From the NCBI RefSeq assembly GCF_006345805.1, contig NC_043008.1, positions 41,106,001 through 41,170,000 of the forward strand: a stretch of DNA of 64,000 nt. The letters are read 5' to 3'. The first letter of the stretch is position 1; the number at the start of each line of letters is the position of its first letter. Under the pieces are notes generated by a model. It saw nothing but the letters and a program-made list of their open reading frames with translations. It did no database searches and was not told the origin of the DNA. Both the position numbers and the translations under genes were made by a program. The DNA is from Octopus sinensis. Taxonomy: Eukaryota. Positions 41,723 to 53,129 of this stretch are shown here, in pieces.

Positions 41723-41810
41723 CGTCTTTGCACAGCTTCTAACGTTGGAGATTTACTATGGTGCCAGATATTTACTTTACTACCAGTGAACTAAGGTAAC
41801 AACCTTTATT
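39770..41810. repeat. Mosaic higher-order repeat of three modules separated by (AAT)n/(ATT)n tracts (order A-B-A-C-A-C-A-B-A-B')
   Basis: A = ...aatatttgg.acga.atattttatattgccttagtagc (ends ~39840, 40194, 40578, 40989, 41358). B = cgtctttgcaca.cttctaacgttg... (40031, 41196, 41723). C = ~240-bp LINE 3' end encoding MQEVQKIVLTGTSHVLRRALSM* on minus (40301-40540, 40711-40950). Confidence 0.9.
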
Positions 41811-42155
41811 TTTCCAGCACCATCCGGACTATTCGAGCGGTTCCAAGCATTGCTGTTTTCTGCAAGTGTTCCACTGTTATTGCAGCCACTATTTGTTCCC
41901 TGTAATTCTCAATATTTTTACTCACTGTTCCTAGGGCGCCGACAAATTTTGTTACTACTACCAAATTTTTCAGCGAACACAACTGGTTACCCTCCGAAGC
42001 TGAAGTGTCATATCAATCGACTTCTCTTTCTTCCTTATCGCATACCTTGTTGTCAGCTGAGCATGCTATATCTATGATCCAACATCGTTTGCTTTCTTTC
42101 TAAATTAAGACTATATGTCTGGTTTCCTATTCTGTATCTCATTCTCGCGCTGAAT
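41723..42155 (-). mobile_element. Dong/R4-type LINE 3' fragment with REL endonuclease
   Basis: IQNRKPDI/VLI*KESKRCWIIDIACSADNKVCDKEERE...FVGALGTVSKN...EHLQKTAMLGTARIVR shows the PD-(D/E)xK REL pattern. The 3' end runs into (TAA)n. Confidence 0.9.
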
Positions 42156-42207
42156 CATAATATTATTATTATCATTATTATTATTATTATTTTTGTTGTT
42201 GTTGTTG

Positions 42208-42272
<65 letters not shown>

Positions 42273-42278
42273 GTTATT

Positions 42279-42952
42279 TTCTTTTTATCACAGGTTTTGT
42301 TGGAGCTCCTAGTGTCTTGCATGCGTAGCGGGCTTAATACTTGCAGGCTACGGTACTACGCGGTCCATTGTTTTCAGGTATCCCATATTTTTCTGATAAT
42401 TCTGGCCGTGCCAAGGAGGAAAAGTTTTTGTAACAGGTCTACTGGGCAGTCTATTTCAATTTCCTATATATTCCTCTAGATACCCCCTGATACTGTTTCG
42501 AAAGACTCAACAAAAATTTGTACTATCTTCCCATTCTTCATTTTCCATAACCGGGCTATGTCGTACTTAAGAGGGTTGTGTCTATCTTTTTGCCTTCCTT
42601 CTTGACTATTCGTGAGTCAAAGGGACATGCAAAATAAAGTACATAGCATATGTGGTGCACCTTCCCCACCACCTCCAGGTCCAATCTGTATGCTGTAGCG
42701 CCTGATCTCTTTGGATTGGGAAATCCCAAAGGGTTTTGATATTCTCCGACTCCGCCACTCACTGCGATTTGTGCTCATACCCCCTGTAGCCACACTCAAG
42801 CCCCCACAGTTTACAATGTAGCACTTTCGCTACCTGATCGTGTCACCACAACTTGTAGTGGTGTTGGACAAGTGTAGATCATTCGTTCTTGATATGAGCA
42901 ATGTTTTCATTCAGTCTACATTAGATGCGGTGCAGCAGAGACACTCATTCCT
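42279..42952 (-). mobile_element. Dong/R4-type LINE 3' fragment, copy 1 of a 1053-bp tandem duplication
   Basis: NENIAHIKNE..LVQHHYKLW*HDQVAKVLH (zinc knuckle/RHD), ENIKTLWDFPIQ, YFACPFDSRIVKKEGKK, PVDLLQKLFLLGTARIIRKIW. Confidence 0.9.
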
Positions 42953-42970
42953 ATTATCATTATTATTATC

Positions 42971-43001
<31 letters not shown>

Positions 43002-43331
43002 ATTATTATTATCATTATTATTATTATTAATTATTATTATTATTATCATTATTATTATTATTATTACTATTATTATCATTATTATTATTATTATATTATT
43101 ATTATATTATTATTATATTATCATTATTATTATTATTATATTATTATTATTATTATTATTATTATTATCATCATTATCATTATTAATATTGTCATTATTA
43201 TTATTATTGTTGTTATTATTATTATTGTTTTTGTTATCATTATTATTATTATTATTATTATCATTATTATTATTATTATTATTATCATCATTATCATTAT
43301 TAATATTGTCATTATTATTATTATTGTTATT

Positions 43332-44004
43332 TTCTTTTTATCACAGGTTTTGTTGGAGCTCCTAGTGTCTTGCATGCGTAGCGGGCTTAATACTTGCAGG
43401 CTACGGTACTACGCGGTCCATTGTTTTCAGGTATCCCATATTTTTCTGATAATTCTGGCCGTGCCAAGGAGGAAAAGTTTTTGTAACAGGTCTACTGGGC
43501 AGTCTATTTCAATTTCCTATATATTCCTCTAGATACCCCCTGATACTGTTTCGAAAGACTCAACAAAAATTTGCACTATCTTCCCATTCTTCATTTTCCA
43601 TAACCGGGCTATGTCGTACTTAAGAGGGTTGTGTCTATCTTTTTGCCTTCCTTCTTGACTATTCGTGAGTCAAAGGGACATGCAAAATAAAGTACATAGC
43701 ATATGTGGTGCACCTTCCCCACCACCTCCAGGTCCAATCTGTATGCTGTAGCGCCTGATCTGTTTGGATTGGGAAATCCCAAAGGGTTTTGATATTCTCC
43801 GACTCCGCCACTCACTGCGATTTGTGCTCATACCCCCTGTAGCCACACTCAAGCCCCCACAGTTTACAATGTAGCACTTTCGCTACCTGATCGTGTCACC
43901 ACAACTTGTAGTGGTGTTGGACAAGTGTAGATAATTCGTTCTTGATATGAGCAATGTTTTCATCCAGTCTACATTAGATGCGGTGCAGCAGAGACACTCA
44001 TTCC
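43332..44004 (-). mobile_element. Dong/R4-type LINE 3' fragment, copy 2 of the tandem duplication
   Basis: Near-identical to 42279-42952 at offset 1053 (ORFs 42556/43609 and 42617/43670). Confidence 0.9.
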
Positions 44005-44023
44005 TATTATCATTATTATTATC

Positions 44024-44054
<31 letters not shown>

Positions 44055-44134
44055 ATTATTATTATCATTATTATTATTATTAATTATTATTATTATTATC
44101 ATTATTATTATTATTATTATTATTACTATTATTA

Positions 44135-44177
<43 letters not shown>

Positions 44178-44238
44178 CATCATTATCATTATTAATATTG
44201 TCATTATTATTATTATTGTTGTTATTATTATTATTGTT

Positions 44239-44296
<58 letters not shown>

Positions 44297-44357
44297 CATC
44301 ATTATCATTATTAATATTGTCATTATTATTATTATTGGTGTTATTATTATTATTGTT

Positions 44358-44404
<47 letters not shown>

Positions 44405-44405
44405 C

Positions 44406-44437
<32 letters not shown>

Positions 44438-44608
44438 CATTTTTATTATTATTATTATTATCATTATCATGATTATCATTATTAATATTGTCATTATTAT
44501 TATTATTGTTGTTGTTATTATTATTATTATTACTATTATTATTACTATTATTACTGTTATTATTACTATTATTACTATTATCATTATTATTATTATAATT
44601 ATTATTAC

Positions 44609-44640
<32 letters not shown>
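44005..44640. repeat. Long degenerate (ATT)n tract
   Basis: Directly visible. Confidence 0.95.
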
Positions 44641-44642
<2 letters not shown>

Positions 44643-44828
44643 TTGCTTTGCTCAGATTCGGTCCTATTCTTGTTAGGATTTATGTGGGTGTGGGTTACTA
44701 CCTGTAAATTTAGGTATCCAAAAGTGTTCGGCAGTCTGATAATCCCTGCTAATAATCCCTGCTGATAATCCCTGATGTCCCTAAGAGACAAACGTTCTGT
44801 ATCAGCTCTACCAGACATTCCATTCCAG
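44641..44828 (-). mobile_element. Dong/R4-type LINE extreme 3' end (family of 575-843)
   Basis: GMECLVELIQNVCLLGTSGIISR plus a 3' UTR similar to 600-720. Confidence 0.75.
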
Positions 44829-44979
44829 TTGTTGTTGTTATTGTTGTTGTTGTCGTCGTCATCGTCATGATCATCATCACCACCATCTTCATTTTCATCA
44901 CTATCATCATCATCTTCAACATCATCACCATCTTCATCATTATTATTATTATCATTAATATTATCATTAATATTATCAT

Positions 44980-45067
<88 letters not shown>

Positions 45068-45269
45068 TATGTTTGGCTTTTGCTTTGTATTTGGACAAGT
45101 TGACTCCAAGTTTCTTCCAGAAAACTTAAGCGACAAGTTAGAAGGTCAAGCTTGTATTATGACTAATGTGCCATATTCTTATTTTTACACAGAGTATTGT
45201 TCCAGAGAAGGAGTGCCAAAGCATAAGAAAATTAAAAGTTGTTTTAATATTAATTTCATAAGATGAAAG

Positions 45270-45605
45270 TTTGAACTTCAGATTACCGTAAAATGTGTGT
45301 GTTCTTATGTACTTTTAAAGTACTTTTGATAACGTTCAAAGATTAAAATGTTTTTGGAAACACATAGACAATATTTTTCGTAGGATATGAGCTGCTCCCA
45401 TGAGTACTATTCTCTTGATCTTTTAATACATGAGATACATAACAATAATTCCTTTTTGCTGTCGTTTCTAGGGCACCAATGAAAACAGGTTCTATTCTAG
45501 TGTAGACGTTCCACAGTTTGCCAGTTTCTATTTCAAGATCTTCATATTTGCTCAGTTTTTGGTAGGTTTTTACAGATATATTTATGTCGATTGGGACAGT
45601 CATGT
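45270..45605 (-). mobile_element. Dong/R4-type LINE 3' fragment
   Basis: TVPIDINISVKTYQKLSKYEDLEIETGKLWNVYTRIEPVFIGALET (ORF 45343-45657). Confidence 0.85.
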
Positions 45606-45716
45606 GAATTGAAAACCAAGCAGATGGCAAAAAAATATATGAAATTTTGCCATTCATGAAAACACTTTAACCCATTGATTACAAACACAAGCATACGCAC
45701 AGAAGCGCATACAATC

Positions 45717-45768
<52 letters not shown>

Positions 45769-45799
45769 CATGATTTTTGTCTGAAATTCTTCGATATAA

Positions 45800-46380
45800 T
45801 ACTGGATATTCATTTTTATCATTCTCGTTCACATTTGTTTCCCATTTCTTGCTGAGTGACTTTCGAACACCTAAGGCAAAGAAAATCACTGGTAGGCCAT
45901 TAAAATAAACACATCATATTGTTCATTTACAATGTCATGTGACAGAAAAATGGAGGACAGAAGAAAAAGAAAAACTAGAAAAATGAAAGACGAAAACAAA
46001 GAAAATAGGAGGGGAAAGAAAAGAAAATTAGCAGTGATATTGCTCTTCTCAATGCGTGTGACGTATCGGATATGACAACTTTTGGCACTTCCTGCATGAA
46101 TGGTAAGCCAGGAATTATCCTCAGATTATTTTCAGTTCCCTTTTTGATCATTCCAAGGGTTTCAACAGTCACTGGTATTGTAACCGTCTTGAGATAACAC
46201 CTTGTTTCAATTATTTCAATCACAAAATCTTTATATTTTCTGAGCCTACGAAGTTCTTTTGCCGAGATATTATGATCACAAGGTATGCTCTTGTTAATTA
46301 ATAAACATATTTTGTTTTGGTCGTTTGCAACAAAGTGTGGTTCATTAGCTTTGTACGTACCGGAAAGTCCCCAAAAGTTG
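45800..46380 (-). mobile_element. Dong/R4-type LINE 3' fragment (family of module C)
   Basis: LKTVTIPVTVETLGMIKKGTENNLRIIPGLPFMQEVPKVVISDTSHALRRAIS; its 3' UTR resembles 40330-40400. Confidence 0.85.
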
Positions 46381-46396
46381 TGTTATTATTATTGTT

Positions 46397-46428
<32 letters not shown>

Positions 46429-46447
46429 GTTTATTGTCCTCATCATC

Positions 46448-46479
<32 letters not shown>

Positions 46480-46579
46480 GTTTATTGTCCTCATCATCAT
46501 TATTATTATTATTAATAATAATATTTAATAATAATAATAATAATAATAATATTTAATAATAATAATAATAATAATAATA

Positions 46580-46620
<41 letters not shown>

Positions 46621-46689
46621 GTAATACTATTATTACTATTATTATTACTTTTTATTATTATTACTATTACTGTTATTATTATTTGTTTA

Positions 46690-47330
46690 GCTTTTGTATT
46701 TGTACAAGCTGACACGAAGTTGGTGTTATGACTAGGTTGCCGTATATTTGGTTTTGCACAGAATATTGTTCTTGAGAATGTCAGTCGAAACATAAGCAAA
46801 TTAGAAGTTTATTTAAAAGTAATTTGATTATAAGATGATAGTTTGATGTTAAGATGAAAGTAAAAGGTGTTATGTACATTTAAAAGTATTTTAACACTGT
46901 TTACAGATTAAAATATTTGTGGATTACATGGATAATATTTTATGTAGGATATGGGCAGTTGCCATGAGCACTATTTTAAAAATTTCTTTATTATTTATTC
47001 TTGAGGTTCCACATTTTGCTAGGATATTGGTCTGTAATTGTCAGCAACATTTCTCTTTGATGCATCTCTCAAGCAAAACACTGTTCGACCTTTTTGTCAA
47101 CAATCCCGGGATTTCCACTTCTCCATTGATAAATACATTACATTGTTCTGCGATCAATTTATGGCAAATACTGAACTTCCGTTTATCAAAACTCCTTGTA
47201 CACCATCAGGTCCTACTGCTTTCCGATTGCATATCTTTTTACTCATATAACTGATACTGTCTTCTGGGAAATGGATAGCCTCTTGCAGGGGAAAAGAAGC
47301 TCTTTGCTTCAGGCGGTAGAGCCATTTAGT
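46690..47330 (-). mobile_element. Dong/R4-type LINE fragment, internally deleted
   Basis: Minus-strand KIVLMATAHILHKILSM* C-terminus at ~46925-46980 and upstream GYPFPRRQYQL region; 3' end adjoins (TAA)n. Confidence 0.65.
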
Positions 47331-47400
47331 TGTAGTATATTTTTTTTACGTTTCGTTTTTGGATTTGGTTTGCAAGATTCTTTATATGAGTTCGTGTGTT

Positions 47401-48048
47401 GAAGCATATTCTGTTGTGTCTGGGGAGAGTCATTTCCTTTTTGTGCCTTATAATTTATCACATTCACCGAGAAAATTTCCACTTGTTTCTTATTTTTGTT
47501 TTTCGTAAGACTATTGAAAAGGTTGCAAGACGCAGCAAAAATTTTAGGAAATAAAACTAAGGAATAAATGGAAATTTTACCGGTGAATGTGTTACATTAT
47601 AAGGCACACACACACAGTGGAGGCGCAATGGCCCAGTGGTTAGGGCAGCGGACTCGCGGTCGTAGGATCGCGGTTTCGATTCCCAGACCGGGCGTTGTGA
47701 GTGTTTATTGAGCGAAAACACCTAAAGCTCCACAAGGCTCCGGCAGGGGATGGTGGTGATCCCTGCTGTACTCTTTCACCACAACTTTCTCTCACTCTTA
47801 CTTCCTGTTTCTGTTGTACCTGTATTTGAAAGGGCTGGCCTTGTCACTCTCAGTGTCACGCTGAATATCCCCGAGAACTACGTTAAGGGTACACGTGTCT
47901 GTGGAGTGCTCAGCCACTTACACGTTAATTTCACGAGCAGGCTGTTCCGTTGGTCGGATCAACCGGAACCCTCATCGTCGTAACCGACGGAGTGCTTCCA
48001 TAAGGCACAAAACGTAAATGACTATCCCCAGACACAACAGAATATGTT
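47401..48048. mobile_element. Foldback element (~110-bp arms) whose right arm is split by a SINE
   Basis: 47401-47510 is the imperfect reverse complement of 47538-47608 joined to 48010-48048. Confidence 0.75.
47619..48000 (+). mobile_element. Full-length, young tRNA-derived SINE with perfect 10-bp TSD
   Basis: A-box TGGCCCAGTGG, B-box GGTTTCGATTCC; ataaggcaca at 47599-47608 and 48000-48009. Confidence 0.92.
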
Positions 48049-48554
48049 TTTCGTGCTTACTCCATATCTTACCCTCATGGTGGTTTGCGTCACGTTCGAT
48101 GTTATTCCTGGTAAGATCTATATGGGCAGCGTGTTACTACCTGTATCCTTAGGAATCCAGATGTTTTCAGCAATCTTTCATGTGCTTAGAACCCTATTTT
48201 TATTATTGAGGCGGTGAGCTCGGGGAATTGTTACAATGTCAGATATGATACTGAACAGCTTTTCTTCTGGTTTTATGTTCGCTGTTTTATGCTCCGACGA
48301 AGTCGACTTTGCCTTCCATCATTTCAGGGCGTATAACATGGTTACCAGTCGAGCAACTTAATCGACAACTTCCCTCATCAAACATTCCTGGCCCTCTGCT
48401 TATGGCAAGACGAATTGTTGCTGCTGTTGTTGTTGTTGCCTTTGTTCTAGCTCAATTCAATACTCTCCGCGGGCACTTTACATGTCATCCTTTTTGAGTG
48501 ATGAGATAGTGTACCAGTCAAGTAGACGATGTAATCAACTACTAGCTCCAACGA

Positions 48555-48612
48555 ATATCGTCGTCATCACCATCCTCATCAGCATCATCACCATCACCAT
48601 CATCATCACCAT

Positions 48613-48644
<32 letters not shown>

Positions 48645-48655
48645 TCATCATCATT

Positions 48656-48692
<37 letters not shown>

Positions 48693-49000
48693 ACAACAAC
48701 ATCATCATCATCATCTTCAACATCATCGTCGTTATCATCATCATCATCTTCATCTTCATCATCATCATCATCGTCATCACCATCATTGTTATCTTCATCA
48801 TCGTTACCATCATCATCATTGCTGACAGCATCGTCGTCATCATCATTATCATTTTCATCATCATCTTCGTCATCATCGTCGTTAATCATCATCAACATCA
48901 GCTTCATTATCATCGTTATCATCATCATTGTCGTCACTGTTATCATCATCATCACCGTGGTCGTCGTCCTTGTCATTATCATTATCATCATCTTCATATC
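48555..49000. repeat. (CAT)n degenerate microsatellite
   Basis: Directly visible; source of the poly-I, poly-M and poly-D ORFs. Confidence 0.95.
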
Positions 49001-50728
49001 CTCAAAACTGTTAATCTTTCAAGTTACAATCAGTTTTTTTTTTACATCGAACTTTATGTAAAGAAATAATAGCGAACACACAAAATTAAATCTACGCTGG
49101 AATATCTGTATTATATCTGAGTTGTAGCCTAAGCTTTCGCCTTTTATTTGCTTAGTCAGCACGTCACTTTATATGAAATTGCTTAATTACTTAATAGGAT
49201 TAGTGTGGCCGTAATTGAAAATTTGTATTCAATTCACACGTGGTGACAATCCTTCTCCTGACGTTTCGTGTCTAAACGTAAAATTTCAGCAGGAAAATAG
49301 AAAACAAAGGAACGATATTAATCATACAATAATTACCGCCATCTTTATATGAAAAGAAACACAAATAGAAGATAAGGAGGATATCGAAATGGAACAGAAT
49401 CTGATGAGGATGTGGGTTGAGAATGTGCTTGGTGACGATAATGATTAAGTTGTTGAAAGGAGAACATGTGGGGGGATTAGGAAGTAAAAATTTGAACATG
49501 ATGCAGTTAACAATAGAGATATTATAATAGTGAAGATGACTAGTGGTGATTAGGAGACGTAACAGCGGAATGAACATCATGTCTATGGACTGTAGTGTCT
49601 TTGTGGATTGTTCCAAAAAGCTGATGCTAAGGAAGGTGGTGGCGGAGGTAGTGCTGGCGGTGGTGGATGTAGTTTTGATGATGATGATGAGGAAGAGGAG
49701 GACCATAGATAACTGTCAATAATGATCAAAAATTAAAAAAAATATGTTATTGCGAAGACGAACGAACGCGAAATTATGACGTTAAGGTTTCAAGAACAAA
49801 GAACATGAAAATCCAGAGGGTTAAAGTTCTGTGAAGCGGGACCCAAGGAAATGAGTAGTGCGTAGACTCGGTAGTTTAAAACAAGGTGAATTCTATAAGG
49901 ATGAAAGATGGGTGTGAAAAAGATTCTTGACACGTAGTGGGTTGAGATCATTGAGATGCCAGAAACAGACCTTAAAATAGTTCCGATCGATAAACAAAAT
50001 TGAGATAGCGAACTTGTGAAACTGATGCTGGGACATATTTGAGAGAGAGAGACAGACAGAGGGAGGGAGAGAGAGAGAGAGTTATACCAGTCATATCGAA
50101 TGTCATACGTTCTCGAATATCTAGGAGTTTTGTAGTAACAAAATCGACATCGATATGCAAGCAAAACTCCTGTGTTGGCGAGTATCAAAATTTGTTGTAG
50201 TTTGAAACATTCTGGCTTTGAAGAAAAATGCCAGTGGTAACGATGCGGTTCTAGGTAAGTTTAGTATGTGGTTTCGCTACTTGTCATTTCAGAAATTTTT
50301 TAACAACATGAATAATTGTTGATTAGAATTTCCAGAAGGAGCATTGTACGATGATTTTTATAAAAAATTATTCTCTTTCTATTTTCTTGTTGTGGAATGC
50401 GATAAGATTTTTATATTTATGATTGACGGAAGCTTTCAATTTCTTTGTTTATATAGTCTCAAATATTACGCATCTCTACCCATATGTCAATTATTTGTTT
50501 ATTGTAAATATGTTAACCGTAATAAAATCAGAGGGGATGAACAACCAAATTTAAAATGATTAAATTGATATCTTAGTCCTCTGATATTAAGAGATGGGCT
50601 TTTCACAAGAAATTTTAAATTATACATATTTCTCCTTACAGGTGAAATTTAGAAATGTGTGATATCAAAAACTACAAGACGCTAAATTCCACTCGAAAGC
50701 TAACAGTTCAAGAATTTGAAGTTCCTAA

Positions 50729-51118
50729 TCTATTATATAAAATCTGTTCTGTCTGTCTGTGTGTGTGTCTTCTAGGATCTCGGGCATCCTCCATTTGATT
50801 GCGCTCAAATTTGATATGTAGATACCGACGGTATGAGGGCGTGTATAAGTCTTGAAAAAATTAGAAAAATCGATTCCAGGTGAGAATGTGATCGATAAAG
50901 CCGTGGGAACGTGCATTTATACGTGCAGGTACATCAGGTGTTGCGATCGATACTACGCGTGCGCGAGAAAAAAATGCACGTGCATTTTGCGCAAAAAAAG
51001 CCGGCTGGCTTGAAATAATTAGCGAAAAATGTGACGGTCGGACAAGTTGCTTTGAGAAAATTTAGTTTAAATGTTTGACAACTCAGCACCGTCCATTGGA
51101 CGGGGGGCGTTTTGCTCG
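50729..51118 (+). mobile_element. Non-autonomous Helitron
   Basis: A|TCTATTATATAAAA 5' end followed by a (TCTG)n tract; subterminal hairpin CCGTCC-ATT-GGACGG (51089-51103); 3' end CTCG|T; sits between A and T with no TSD. Confidence 0.75.
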
Positions 51119-52479
51119 TTCAATATATAATGCCCCAATCAATAGATAATTTCTAAACACAAATATTAGATTAAATTAAATGCTTGTTTGATAACTTACA
51201 TAGTTTCACAAAATGCATATAAAGTCATTGATGTTGTTATATTTGTTTAGTCACTGTTCTCGTCATATTTGCTTAGTCCCGTAGGCGCACGGACGAGTCA
51301 TATCTTAGGTCAAAATCATATAAAATGTCATAGTGCAACCTCTACCTGAAATCGTTTATGTATTCATAGGCAAACTTCTTTCCTTTGCAAACCGTTCATA
51401 TTCATTTAATGACTGCATACACTACGTTGGACGTCCAGCATTTTATTGATGATGCAACGTCGCTTTAATCAAGGGATACATTTCACTATACTTGATATAC
51501 AAATCATTTTAGTATCAAACGCAGAAGCATAACATTAAAATGATACATATTATTACTGACCTGCCGTCGTTAGTGCTGCTGCTGCTGCTGCTGTTTAGTC
51601 TCCATCTGCCTTAATCAGATGACTTCGCTTAAACAACTATAATCAATGGCATTCGAGCTGTGAATATAACTTACAAAACAGATCTTTGCTTTTAAGAGAA
51701 TATTATTCGATAAAAGGATTATTTGCTTGATATTTTATGATAGGCGAGTGAAAACCTAGCTTACCCTACTAAACAGGCTTGTAAGGGCATATTATCTATA
51801 CAGTTCAGCGTCTTGTTCTTTGTGAAAGAAAATATATCACGAATCAACTAAGTAGCTTTGAATAAATCATTCAGACATTAAATTAAGTAACTACGCATCT
51901 ACCTGATTTGACGGCAGCTATGTAATTGAAACCGTTTTCCATGCTGGAAATCGCATGAGTTGTCTGGAAGCTACAGTTGAAGCGCAACAAAACACTTGCA
52001 AATTATAAGCATATACTGAATGTTATTTAAGGAGTCATATATGTAATAAACTATCGCATTTAATGCCGGATAACATTTAAATTATATACACTGTTAAAGA
52101 AGAGAAATTGCTTAGGAAAATAAAATAATATTTCAAAATGATGACTGAAGCCAAGTGGCATTATTAGCTTGATATTATCATAATTTCCTTCGGCACGAAA
52201 TGTCATTTTCCTTAAAAAGATATTCCTAATACACAGAAGCAATTCTCAACGTAACTTTTAGTGAGTTTTCTTTGTCTCGTGATTGCGACTAAAACCGGTA
52301 TGCTGATTTCCAAACTACAGTCAGTTTTCTTCTATCAGGTCACGGTTTTATTCTACAGCCTATTCTCTGAATAAACACAATTGCATTGTTTAACTGGAAG
52401 TAATAGGGTTGGTCAGCTGCTTTTATTATTTATTCTATAACACTTGGGAACACTTTCAGTATATATATATATATATATA

Positions 52480-53043
52480 GCAATAATAAATCTCTGAGCG
52501 AGATGTAAACAGTAAGCGCTCGACAACGTAAAGTATACTAGCCATCTTAATATGGCTAACCACTAGGGGTGGGGGTGTTACTGTAGATATTATTACTTTT
52601 TAGCCCCAGGCGATCATCGTCTCCAGCTGGCTTTAGACACAATCCTGTGCTCTTTAATGATATTCGCAAAGGGAAGTCATCCCCTTTCGAAAACCTAAGT
52701 GATACGCATGGACTGCAGTTTCGAGATTATTGTCTCTTGTCAACACACGCTAATCACGGGTTTTCGATAAGGGAGACCTGTTTGCGAATATCTATTTAAT
52801 GTTTTTCCAGTAACCCCTGTCACTGATTTCGAAAAACGGTCTGAAAGCAATAATAAATCTCTGAGCGAGATGTAAACAGTAAGCGCTCGACAACGTAAAG
52901 TATACTAGCCATCTTAATATGGCTAACCGCTAGGGGATTGTGTTTAAAGCCAGCTGGAGACGATTATCTCCCGGGGCTAAAAAGCTACAGTAACACCCCA
53001 CCCCTAGTGGTTAGCCATATTAAGATCGCTAGTATACTTTACG

Positions 53044-53045
<2 letters not shown>
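52480..53045 (-). mobile_element. Retrozyme-like / Penelope-dependent non-coding element: 367-bp unit + 90-bp direct repeat + inverted 3' extension, in a (TA)n tract
   Basis: 52480-52569 equals 52847-52936 (one mismatch); 52935-53045 is an inverted copy of 52525-52645; contains a hammerhead motif. Confidence 0.75.
52704..52750 (-). ncRNA. Type I hammerhead ribozyme, U3-A8 core variant
   Basis: Minus strand GCGUGUG-UUGACAA-GAGA caauaa UCUC-GAAA-CUGCAG-UC-CAUGCGU: 7-bp stem I (3 G.U), 4-bp stem II, palindromic stem III, GUC cleavage triplet. Confidence 0.75.
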
Positions 53046-53090
<45 letters not shown>

Positions 53091-53129
53091 ATATATATTT
53101 ATTGCCTTGCTTTCTACGACTGCTCATAC

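Noticed and set aside
39770-41810. CRISPR-like repeat/spacer appearance
   Set aside because: Eukaryotic context, no cas genes, spacers are microsatellites and the modules are LINE 3' ends.
47619-47695. tRNA gene (also 30914-30985, 33615-33688, 59784-59846)
   Set aside because: A/B boxes are SINE heads continuing into SINE bodies; I could not build a full cloverleaf.
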